Both the position numbers and the translations under genes were made by a program. From IMG/VR virus record IMGVR_UViG_2873337989_000001: a DNA stretch of 59,363 nucleotides; one strand, 5' to 3'. Numbering within the stretch: the first letter of the stretch is position 1; every line of letters begins with the position of its first letter. Source of the stretch: an uncultured virus (IMG/VR IMGVR_UViG_2873337989_000001). Lineage: Duplodnaviria > Heunggongvirae > Uroviricota > Caudoviricetes. A model generated the notes under the pieces. The model made no database searches. It was given only the letters and a program-made list of their open reading frames with translations, and was not told the origin of the DNA. Of the stretch, positions 44,996-52,898 are shown in pieces.

Positions 44996-46711
44996 TCACA
45001 CGAGGAGCTGCCAACCCTCTTCGACCGCGGGCTCGTACAGCGCCATCAGCAGCGCCTCACCACGGTCAGGAGAGCCGACACCGCGCTTCTTCATGTCCTT
45101 CTTCGACTCCACCACGCTGTGCCCCGTCGAGTTCGTGAACAGTTTCGGCCCCGACAACTGAGCCGCCGCCAGCTCGTCCACCCGGAGCCGCAGCCCCGTC
45201 ACCCCGTGCTCGTCCGGCCGCAGCATCGTCCGTCCGGCAAGCCACATCTCGTCCCGCTTCCGGAACGGCCGCAGCGTCGCCTCATCCGGCTCTCGACCAG
45301 GCGACTCCGACACCATCACGCCGACGATCTGCGCCTGGTGCCGGCCTTCCTCGCCCCACTGCTTCAGCAGCGCCACCAGGCCCCAGCCGATACCGTTCTG
45401 GTCGATCTTCACCCGGACCGGGTTGGATGTCCCCAGCCGGCGGCGCAGCGCCTCCGCCCGATCGATGTGCTCGAGCAGGGTCCCGGCCAGTTGGATGTAG
45501 TCGGCGTTCTCCGCGCCCGAGCTGGCGTGCTCGACGGTCGCCAGGTCCCCGACGAGGCGGGTGATGACGAACTCGTCGCCGCCGTCGACCGCGACGTCGA
45601 CGCCGAGCCGCACCCACGCGCCTGGCCGCACCAGCCACTCGTCGTGTTCGTCGGGCAGGCCGAGTCGGTTGAGGGGCAGCATGCTGGCGTCATGCGGCTC
45701 GTCCATGTCGACGGCGGCCTGCACCCAGTCGTAGGGGATGACGACGTTGGTGAGCCCCTGCGGGAACTTCGCCTCGATCTTCGCTCTCACGTAGTTGGAC
45801 TTGGGCCCGTGGACGCGGATCGTCCGCTCGATCCACTTCCGGTCGACCATGTGCTTGGCGGGGGAGTGGCCGCCGCCGGGGCAGGACTGGCACTCGCCGA
45901 ACCACTCTCCGGTCAGGTTCGGGGTGTCGTAGGCGGAGATGGGGATCGTCTCCACATCCTCGTCCCTGCACAGCTTCTCGAACCACGTGTTCGGCTCGTC
46001 GGTCGGAGGGTTGCCGATCGCGATCATCTTCGCGCCGTCACCGACCATGAGACCGGCCAGGTTGTCGCCGATCGTGTGCGCGATGCCGCCCGCCTCCTCC
46101 ACCACCAGGAGCAGCTGGTTGGCGTGGATGCCTTGGACCGCGGCCTCGTTGTACGGCGCGGCCGCGATGCCGTACGCGACGACGGTGTCCAGGCCGTTGG
46201 CGTCGGGCAGCTTGTACTGCGCCATGTCGATCGTGCCGGGCAAGCCCGCCCGCGAGTGCGCGGAGCGGACCTCGCGCCACAACTGGCGGACGACCTGCCG
46301 CCACAGCGGCGCAAGACTCACGGTGACCGAGGTGCCGACCGGATGCACGAGGCTGCTCCACAGCACGAGCTGCCCGCACGAGAACGTCTTGGAGCTGCCG
46401 AAGCACGAGGGGACGGCGACCTGCTTGTGGCTGATCAGCGCGCTCATGAACTGGCGCGGCACGCTCCACACCGCGCTGCCGAGCACCTGCTCACAGAACC
46501 CGACCGGATCGTCTACCCACAGCGCGTACGACGTCCCGGCGACCCGGTAGGCGGCCGCGAACACCTGCCGCGCCTCGGCGTCGGTCAGCTCCTCAAGCAG
46601 AAGCCGCCGCTCGACGGGCGGGAGCTCCATCAGCTCGGTGAACATGGTGGCGGCGAGCTGGGAGCGCTGGTCGCCTGGCGAGGCGATCGCGCTCGGGGTC
46701 ACCAGCGCCAC
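44996..46711 (-). CDS. terL: terminase large subunit
   Basis: VAVPSCFGSSKT, LVVEEAGG, IGNP, LGVDVA..GGD, SPDRGEA. Confidence 0.88.
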   Translation of the reverse strand: MALVTPSAIASPGDQRSQLAATMFTELMELPPVERRLLLEELTDAEARQVFAAAYRVAGTSYALWVDDPVGFCEQVLGSAVWSVPRQFMSALISHKQVAVPSCFGSSKTFSCGQLVLWSSLVHPVGTSVTVSLAPLWRQVVRQLWREVRSAHSRAGLPGTIDMAQYKLPDANGLDTVVAYGIAAAPYNEAAVQGIHANQLLLVVEEAGGIAHTIGDNLAGLMVGDGAKMIAIGNPPTDEPNTWFEKLCRDEDVETIPISAYDTPNLTGEWFGECQSCPGGGHSPAKHMVDRKWIERTIRVHGPKSNYVRAKIEAKFPQGLTNVVIPYDWVQAAVDMDEPHDASMLPLNRLGLPDEHDEWLVRPGAWVRLGVDVAVDGGDEFVITRLVGDLATVEHASSGAENADYIQLAGTLLEHIDRAEALRRRLGTSNPVRVKIDQNGIGWGLVALLKQWGEEGRHQAQIVGVMVSESPGREPDEATLRPFRKRDEMWLAGRTMLRPDEHGVTGLRLRVDELAAAQLSGPKLFTNSTGHSVVESKKDMKKRGVGSPDRGEALLMALYEPAVEEGWQLLV

Positions 46712-46880
46712 GGCGACCCGTCCGGGATGTGTGCCGCTCCGGCGGCTGACAACTCGACACCCTTGCCCATGGCGGGCACCGGGAGGCGAGAGCAGTCACG
46801 CAAGCTGGGCCAGACGATCACGGCCGGACACGATGAAGCCCTGGCCGACTAACGTCCAACCAGGGCTTCGAGAACCTGGA

Positions 46881-47756
46881 CTAGCTGCGAGGCGCGTACC
46901 CGTACTGGGTGCCCCACTCGTCTGCTGAGGCGGGCTCGTAGAAGATGCGCCGGCCAAAGTTCGTCGACACAGGATCCGTCCCCTTGGCCTTGGCTGTGCG
47001 CAGCCGCTCCTTGACCGCCTCGTACGGCACACCCCACCGCTCGGCCAGGTCCTTGGCCGCCAGCCAGTGGAAGCGGTGCTGCACCCACCAGGCCGCGAAC
47101 TCCTCCTCGTCGACGAGCAGCACCCGGCTGGCCGCAGTCGAGGTGCGCGGCACTCCGAGACTGTTCTCCCGCGCGTACTCCATCCGGTCCAGGACGCGCT
47201 TGTGGCTGACGCCCAACCGCTCGGCCATGACCGCAACCGGCACCATGCCCGCGGACTCCGACGTGTTGTTGCCGGCGCCAGGCTCGGTGAAGCCCCACTC
47301 CTCCGCGTGCTTGAGATCCTTGCCCACCATGACCTTGCCGAGCTCGGTCAGCTCGCCGACGTCGACGTTGGTCAGCTTCTCGCCGTCGACCGTGGCCTGG
47401 GAGAGCGCGAGGACGCCGCGGACGCGGTCCTCTCGGGCCTGCTGCTCCTCGACGCCGATGGCGGCGATGTCGGCGACCGCCTTCTCAATGACCTTGACGG
47501 CGTGCTCGGGTGACCACTGGGGCAGCGTGCTAGGGATGGACGCGTCGGTCAGCATGGCCTGCCACGCGTCGCGGCCGATGGCTGCCAGTCTCATTGTCGG
47601 CTGGATCTTGCGGTCGTGCCGCATGACGAGGACGAGCGCGCCGAGATTCCTCAGTTGGACGGCTTTGGCGTGCTTCCTGCGGGCATCCTTGACGATCTTG
47701 TGGGCGGCTTTGGTCTGCTCGACGGTCTTGCGGATCTCTCTGCTCAAGGTCTTCAC
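46881..47756 (-). CDS. hypothetical DNA-binding protein with C-terminal HTH repeats
   Basis: VMAERLGVSHKRV; KDLAERWGVPYEAV. Confidence 0.7.
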   Translation of the reverse strand: MKTLSREIRKTVEQTKAAHKIVKDARRKHAKAVQLRNLGALVLVMRHDRKIQPTMRLAAIGRDAWQAMLTDASIPSTLPQWSPEHAVKVIEKAVADIAAIGVEEQQAREDRVRGVLALSQATVDGEKLTNVDVGELTELGKVMVGKDLKHAEEWGFTEPGAGNNTSESAGMVPVAVMAERLGVSHKRVLDRMEYARENSLGVPRTSTAASRVLLVDEEEFAAWWVQHRFHWLAAKDLAERWGVPYEAVKERLRTAKAKGTDPVSTNFGRRIFYEPASADEWGTQYGYAPRS

Positions 47757-47882
47757 TGCGGGTCCTTATGGGTTCCTGGGGCTTGTATCCTCCCGCGCAA
47801 ATGATCGGGCGGTGCACGCACTCCCGCGCGTACACCGCCGATTGTAGGGGATGTTTATTCGCTTGTGAACTCTGCGACTCGG

Positions 47883-48317
47883 TCAGGTGCGGGGCCGCGG
47901 CATGACCGGGGTAGACGCCGGAACGTCGCTGAGGTCGTAGATGTAGAGGACGAGCCTTCCCTTCGGGTGGACTTCGCCCAGCTCGGGATAAGGGCCTTCC
48001 AGGTACTTGGAGTTGTCGTCGGGGAGGACTCCGGCGTCCACGACGCCGTCGACGACGGCTTTCCACGAGGGCGCCCAGTTGGCGGGGTCGCGGCGCCGGT
48101 TGTCGGGCGGCTCGAACACGCCGACCATGCGGGCCCGCTGCATGGCGGGGATCTTGGCTGCTCTGGCCAGCCAGCACGCGGTGTCGCGCAGGTTCTTCTT
48201 GAGCGGCCGCTGTGCTCTCCAGTGCGTCCGATCGTTGGCGTTGAGGAGCTTCGTGCCGGCGGGCAATTCGAGGACGTACACGGGCGGCTCGGACGGGCGT
48301 TCGGGGTCGGTGGTCAT
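47883..48317 (-). CDS. RusA-like Holliday junction resolvase
   Basis: LNANDR.HW...RRDPANW....KA.VDG.VDAGVLPDDN. Confidence 0.8.
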   Translation of the reverse strand: MTTDPERPSEPPVYVLELPAGTKLLNANDRTHWRAQRPLKKNLRDTACWLARAAKIPAMQRARMVGVFEPPDNRRRDPANWAPSWKAVVDGVVDAGVLPDDNSKYLEGPYPELGEVHPKGRLVLYIYDLSDVPASTPVMPRPRT

Positions 48318-48439
48318 GGTGCTCCCTTGCTGTCGCGGGGTGGGGGTTGGTGGGCTCGCGGGCGGCGGGATGCGGGTTCCCCGGCGCCGCCCGCGAGCCG
48401 GTCACAGGGCCGCAGCGGAGGTTTCCATATGGGAAGTTC

Positions 48440-48718
48440 CTATGTGGCGAGGAGTTCGAGGCCGAGCTGGCCGTCGATGGCGGGGATGGGGTGCGGGCTG
48501 GGCTGGTGGAGGTGGGCGCAGCGGCAGCCGCACGAGCCGTCGCAGTGCCTGCCGTCGCGCCCGCACTGGCCGCACATGCCGGTGGCCGCCCACCAGTCCA
48601 GGTCTGTGCCGAACTCGACGTGATCGGGGCACGGCTTGTACTCGACGTCGGCTCGGCACAGGTTGCACACCAGCCGCTGGCCGGGCCGCTCGTCGTCGAT
48701 GATCGCCTGGTATCTCAC
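48440..48718 (-). CDS. small Cys-rich protein
   Basis: GTGA coupling; many CxxC/CxC. Confidence 0.55.
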   Translation of the reverse strand: MRYQAIIDDERPGQRLVCNLCRADVEYKPCPDHVEFGTDLDWWAATGMCGQCGRDGRHCDGSCGCRCAHLHQPSPHPIPAIDGQLGLELLAT

Positions 48719-49281
48719 CACTGGGCGTTCTCGTCGGGGCGGCCGTCGCCGTCGAGGTCGGCGGGCTGGCCTTCGGTGGCGTCGGCGGGCAGGGTGCAGC
48801 CGTAGGTGTCGGCGTAGCCGACCGGCCACACGTAGACGGGGTAGAAGCCGGGGAAGCCGTCGTAGTGGCGATAGGTGCCCCGGTGGGTGGGCGGCTTCTG
48901 GGTCGGGTAGGTGCGGCTCGGGTCACGCTGGTAGGGGACAGCGGTGCGCGGGACGGCGGGCGGCCGGTAGGTCGGGACGGTGGTCTTCGCGCTGCTCGGC
49001 TGCGCGGGCGTGGTGGGCTTGCTGTGAGGGATGGCGGGCCGCGTCGCCGCGGTGATCGGCCGGGCGGGCGGGGCGACCGGCTGGCGCTGCGCGGGCTGCG
49101 GCTGGCTACCGATGGAGGTCCTGCCCATCGTGTTGCTGTTGCCGGTGGCGGGCTTGGGCGGCGGGGGGATGGTGGCGGCGCAGGCGGGCGCTTCGCTGCT
49201 CGCGCACGCGGTGAGGACGGCGGCGGTCAGCGTGGTCACCAGCACGGTGGCGCGGCCAAGGCCGGTTCGGTAGGCGGGCAT
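48715..49281 (-). CDS. putative lipoprotein
   Basis: AAGGAG RBS; lipobox LTAC; Pro-rich. Confidence 0.65.
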   Translation of the reverse strand: MPAYRTGLGRATVLVTTLTAAVLTACASSEAPACAATIPPPPKPATGNSNTMGRTSIGSQPQPAQRQPVAPPARPITAATRPAIPHSKPTTPAQPSSAKTTVPTYRPPAVPRTAVPYQRDPSRTYPTQKPPTHRGTYRHYDGFPGFYPVYVWPVGYADTYGCTLPADATEGQPADLDGDGRPDENAQW

Positions 49282-49307
49282 GCGGGTCTCCTTCGGGAGT
49301 GGGTTGG

Positions 49308-50084
49308 TCAGGCTGCTGAGCGGCTGGTCTTGCGCCGCTCGTACTGGGAGCGTTGGACGGCCTGCTCGTGGGCGCGGCAGGCGTCGCACGGCGGTTCGCT
49401 GAGCTCACGATGCCGCTTGAGCGCGGCCGCGCTCGGGCAAGGGCTTCGCACGCCGGGCGGGCGCATCCGTCTCGGCTCCGCCCGTTCGGCGGGGATGTGC
49501 GGTGTCTGGGGAGCGCCGGGGAGCGGGCGGCCTTCCTCGTCCCAGGTGATCCAGGCGAGAAGCTCCTCCTCGGTGCGGTCGATGTCGACCATGGCGGCGA
49601 GCAGGTAAGGCAGGTTGTCCTGCTCCACCTGCGGCAGGGTCGCCTTGTAGGCGGCGGCTGCGTCGGGGCCCTGGTCTCGGATCAGGAACGCGAAGTAGGA
49701 GGCGACTTTGACCAGGTGCTTGGCGAGACGCTGCCGGTGGTGGGCGTCGGTGAGGTCGAGGTCCAGACCGGGGATGGCCTGCTGTCGCACGGGAGGTCCC
49801 TCACGGTCGCGGGGTTCGGGGGTGTCGCTGGCGGCGGCCATGCGCTTCCTGTGGCGGTAGCGCTCGATGAGACGCGCGGAGACGCCGAGCTCGAAGGCGA
49901 TCTTCTGGGCTGTGACGCCGGGCCGGTCGAGTTGCAGGAACCGCGCGTACCGCTCGACGGCAGGGCGTCGGACGGGCGCGCCGAGGGTGGAGACCACGAT
50001 CCGGTCATAGTCGGCTCGGCACAGGCCGCGCGAGTGCACGGCTTTCCCGCATCCGGGCTGTGAGCACGTCCCGTGGTCTCCCAC
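49308..50084 (-). CDS. Zn-finger/HTH hypothetical protein
   Basis: C..PGC....SRGLC..Y; IAFELGVSARLI; C...A..RH....CDAC. Confidence 0.6.
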   Translation of the reverse strand: MGDHGTCSQPGCGKAVHSRGLCRADYDRIVVSTLGAPVRRPAVERYARFLQLDRPGVTAQKIAFELGVSARLIERYRHRKRMAAASDTPEPRDREGPPVRQQAIPGLDLDLTDAHHRQRLAKHLVKVASYFAFLIRDQGPDAAAAYKATLPQVEQDNLPYLLAAMVDIDRTEEELLAWITWDEEGRPLPGAPQTPHIPAERAEPRRMRPPGVRSPCPSAAALKRHRELSEPPCDACRAHEQAVQRSQYERRKTSRSAA

Positions 50085-50088
50085 GGTG

Positions 50089-50622
50089 CTACGGCCTTTC
50101 GGCCGGGGCGGGGATGGCGAAACGGAAGACGGCTTCGCCGCACGCGCACTCGATGTCGGGCTGGCGAGCGTCGTGTGTCCATCCGCCGTGTTCGCCGTGG
50201 CCATGCTGGTCAAGCAGGTCCCAGATGATGGCGGGGTCGAGCGGCACGACGGTGGCGGGGCGGGCGATGGCGGTGGCGGCGTCTGCGATGGCGGCGGCCT
50301 GGTTGGCGGTGACGGCGAGGTTGATCTGTCCGATGTCGGCCATGACCTTGCTCAGCATCGAGTGGTAGGTGCGGAGCCGCGCCGCCCTGCGACCGTTCTC
50401 GAGTTCGTCGGTGCCGTCGTAGTCGTTCGTGAGGTCGTCGGTGATGGCGATGCAGGCGAGGGCGAGCCCGTGCAGGCGGGTGGCCTCCTTGCTGCCCGCC
50501 ACTGAGATGGGGATAGCCCAGTCAGCGAGGCGGGGGATCGCGGTCCCGAGGGGGATGGGGAGCAGGTGGACGTCGTCGGAGTGGGTGTCGGGCGCGTCGA
50601 CGGACGTGTTGGTGGGGGTCAC
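50089..50622 (-). CDS. hypothetical protein
   Basis: AGGAGAAAGG RBS; promoter upstream. Confidence 0.65.
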   Translation of the reverse strand: MTPTNTSVDAPDTHSDDVHLLPIPLGTAIPRLADWAIPISVAGSKEATRLHGLALACIAITDDLTNDYDGTDELENGRRAARLRTYHSMLSKVMADIGQINLAVTANQAAAIADAATAIARPATVVPLDPAIIWDLLDQHGHGEHGGWTHDARQPDIECACGEAVFRFAIPAPAERP

Positions 50623-50920
50623 CAGTGGGGCCTTTCTCCTGGGGCGAGGGTTGAGCGTGTGCCGGGGAGGACCGCAACCACTCCGGCACACACGTAGAAG
50701 TGTAGGGGATATTTATCGTTTGCGCTACCGGTGAATCGGTCACACAGAAGGGGGCTCTCGTCCACGCCGGGAGACAAGCAGAACCAGTCGCTAACGTCGC
50801 ATCGGTCAGGTCGGCGCGGCCTCGAACAGGCGTCACAGCCACTAACAGCCAGCGCAATCATGGCCTGAACTGCGTAAACAACATTAGCGGGCTTGCGGCA
50901 AATCAAAATAGACAAATATC

Positions 50921-50961
50921 GTCTAGTCGAACTAGACAAAGATGTGACGGCGGGCTACAGT
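50921..50961 (+). promoter_or_regulatory. leaderless promoter with palindromic operator
   Basis: TAGACA-17-TACAGT 6 nt before the ATG; GTCTAGT-cga-ACTAGAC overlaps the -35. Confidence 0.7.
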
Positions 50962-50967
50962 CCATCC

Positions 50968-51438
50968 ATGACCTCTCGCCACGAACTGATCTTCGACCAG
51001 CCGGACATCCCCCAGGACTTCGACGACACCGAGCCTGAGATCGTCGCGACCACCTACCTCGCCACCGCCACGCGCACCGGCAAGTACTGGACCGCGACCG
51101 TCCACGGCCTCCCGGACCGCCACAACCTTCAGGTCCAGGGCGCGACCTGGAAAGAGACCAAGAGCAACGTCCTCGACCGCACCGTCGATCTGCTCGGCTC
51201 CGACGCCGGCGTCGTGGGCGTTCTCCTCGTCCCCGCCGACACGGAGGAGGCGAGCGCCCTGGAGGCAGTCCGTGACGCACGCGCCGCGCGTCTCCTCGCG
51301 GAGCAAGCCGAGCGTGACGCCGTCCGGGCGGCCGCCCAGACCCTTCTCGACCGCGGCTGGTCCACGCGTGATGCGGGTAGCGCGCTGGGCCTGTCCCATC
51401 AGCGCATCTCTCAGCTCGCTCCGCGCGTCAACGCGTAA
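50968..51438 (+). CDS. HicB-like antitoxin/HTH protein
   Basis: ATATR.GKYW...V..L....QGAT..E; GWSTRDAGSALGLSHQRISQL. Confidence 0.7.
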   Translation: MTSRHELIFDQPDIPQDFDDTEPEIVATTYLATATRTGKYWTATVHGLPDRHNLQVQGATWKETKSNVLDRTVDLLGSDAGVVGVLLVPADTEEASALEAVRDARAARLLAEQAERDAVRAAAQTLLDRGWSTRDAGSALGLSHQRISQLAPRVNA

Positions 51439-51515
51439 GATCCGAACGTTCCCATTCCTGTCTGGCTGGGACAGCCGCTGCCTCTCGGACTGACCACCCG
51501 AACGCACGAGGCGGC

Positions 51516-51553
51516 GAAGGCGGCCCCTCCGGCTACGTGCCGGAGGGGCCTTC
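51516..51553 (+). terminator. intrinsic terminator
   Basis: GGCCCCTCCGGC...GCCGGAGGGGCC followed by TTCGTT. Confidence 0.75.
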
Positions 51554-51686
51554 GTTATGCCCTTTGACCTGGCCCGCCGATTCGGTGGTCCATCTCCATT
51601 GCCAACCGAGTAAATATCCCCTACACTTTTAAGTGTCGGGTTGGTCGCCCGACAGGCCCAACAGCCCAGACAGGAAAAGGGAGAAC

Positions 51687-51833
51687 ATGCCGAACAAGAA
51701 GACGAAGAAGAGCGAGTGCCAGGTCTGCGCCGCCCCGATCAACGCTCCGGTCGGCTCGAAGGTCACGCACAATGACCCGAGCACGGGCAAGCGGTGCGCG
51801 GGTAGCAGCGTCAGCACCGGTCACGCCTTCTAA
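51687..51833 (+). CDS. 48-aa Zn-finger-like microprotein
   Basis: AAGGGAG RBS, promoter and terminator; CQVC...H...C. Confidence 0.65.
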   Translation: MPNKKTKKSECQVCAAPINAPVGSKVTHNDPSTGKRCAGSSVSTGHAF

Positions 51834-51840
51834 GCTCGAA

Positions 51841-51879
51841 GGAAGTGCCTCCCGTCCCTCGGGGTGGGAGGCACTTTCC
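51841..51879 (+). terminator. hairpin terminator
   Basis: AAGTGCCTCCC...GGGAGGCACTT. Confidence 0.7.
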
Positions 51880-51886
51880 CGCCCTT

Positions 51887-52839
51887 GGGGAGGAATAGAA
51901 CGCTCAGTAGCGCCAGGGTGTGCAGGAAACTGCACACCCGTTTGCGTCTGGCAGCGGCTATGGGAGCGGCGCAGCTCAGCGGCGCTCGAAGGGATTGAAT
52001 CCCCAAGGATCCTGGTGCGGCTCGCCGCGTTCGCGTAGCTCGATCTGGTAGGCCCGCCAGATGTCGTCCTCCGTTAGCGAAACCTGATTGCTGCGCCACC
52101 GCGCCCCGGATCGGGCCCGTTCGCGGTACCTGCGGTTGAAGGCGGCATACGACAGACCAGGTTCAGCCAGGCGGCGGCGCCGCTCAGCGCGCCGGTCGTC
52201 GATGATGGCGGCCTGGTCCAGGTCGGCCGCCGCGCGGGCACGGGCTAGCTCGTCGATGTCGTAGGCGATCCGGCGCAGCACCGCAGCCACCCGAGCCAGG
52301 TCCACCCCGACGTGGTAGGCGTCCTCATCATCGGCCGGACGCAGGTTCACCACTGGGGGGAATCCGTCGCCGGCGAGCCGGTCGACCCATTCGGCGCACT
52401 CCAGCACCCAGCGCACCTCATCGACCAGGCGCTCGGCGATGCCGTCGCGGCCGTCCAGCTCCTCATCATCGCTACCAGCGGGATCCTCCGGAGCTGGCCA
52501 CCCGGCCTGACGCAGCTGCGCCAGCGCCGCCTCTAGCTCTGGCAACGGCGCGGCCGCCGTGGCGATCTGCTGGATGCGCGAGGGCGAACGCCCCGCCTCA
52601 GCCGCCACCGTCCGCACCGGCAGGCCCTCGACACGGGCCGAGGCAATGGCCCACTCGTGCTCGATCTCGGCCTGGCGCAACCGCCACGCCGCAAGGCGCA
52701 CCCGGCGCCGCAGTCGTCGCTCCCGCCGTACCTTCGCCCGTAGCTCGTCTCGATCCACGCTAAGGATCATGTCACCGGCCGCCATACGGTGTGCAGGAAA
52801 CTGCACACGCTGGCGCCACTGATCGTTCCGCTCCTCCCC
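51887..52839. mobile_element. single-gene cassette bounded by ~52-bp imperfect inverted repeats
   Basis: GGGGAGGA..GAACG.TCAGT.GCGCCAG.GTGTGCAG at both ends (33/39 match). Confidence 0.55.
51976..52770 (-). CDS. HTH-containing hypothetical protein
   Basis: GLPVRTVAAEAGRSPSRIQQI. Confidence 0.7.
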   Translation of the reverse strand: MILSVDRDELRAKVRRERRLRRRVRLAAWRLRQAEIEHEWAIASARVEGLPVRTVAAEAGRSPSRIQQIATAAAPLPELEAALAQLRQAGWPAPEDPAGSDDEELDGRDGIAERLVDEVRWVLECAEWVDRLAGDGFPPVVNLRPADDEDAYHVGVDLARVAAVLRRIAYDIDELARARAAADLDQAAIIDDRRAERRRRLAEPGLSYAAFNRRYRERARSGARWRSNQVSLTEDDIWRAYQIELRERGEPHQDPWGFNPFERR

Positions 52840-52898
52840 GAAGACCGGACTCGGCCCGTTTCAGCCGTATTCGCCAGAGTGGCACCCGTTCCGCGTGG

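Noticed and set aside
50698..51628. 18-bp perfect inverted repeat as an invertible segment or transposon ends
   Set aside because: Better explained as two divergent copies of a promoter motif also found at 776 and 47841; no recombinase nearby
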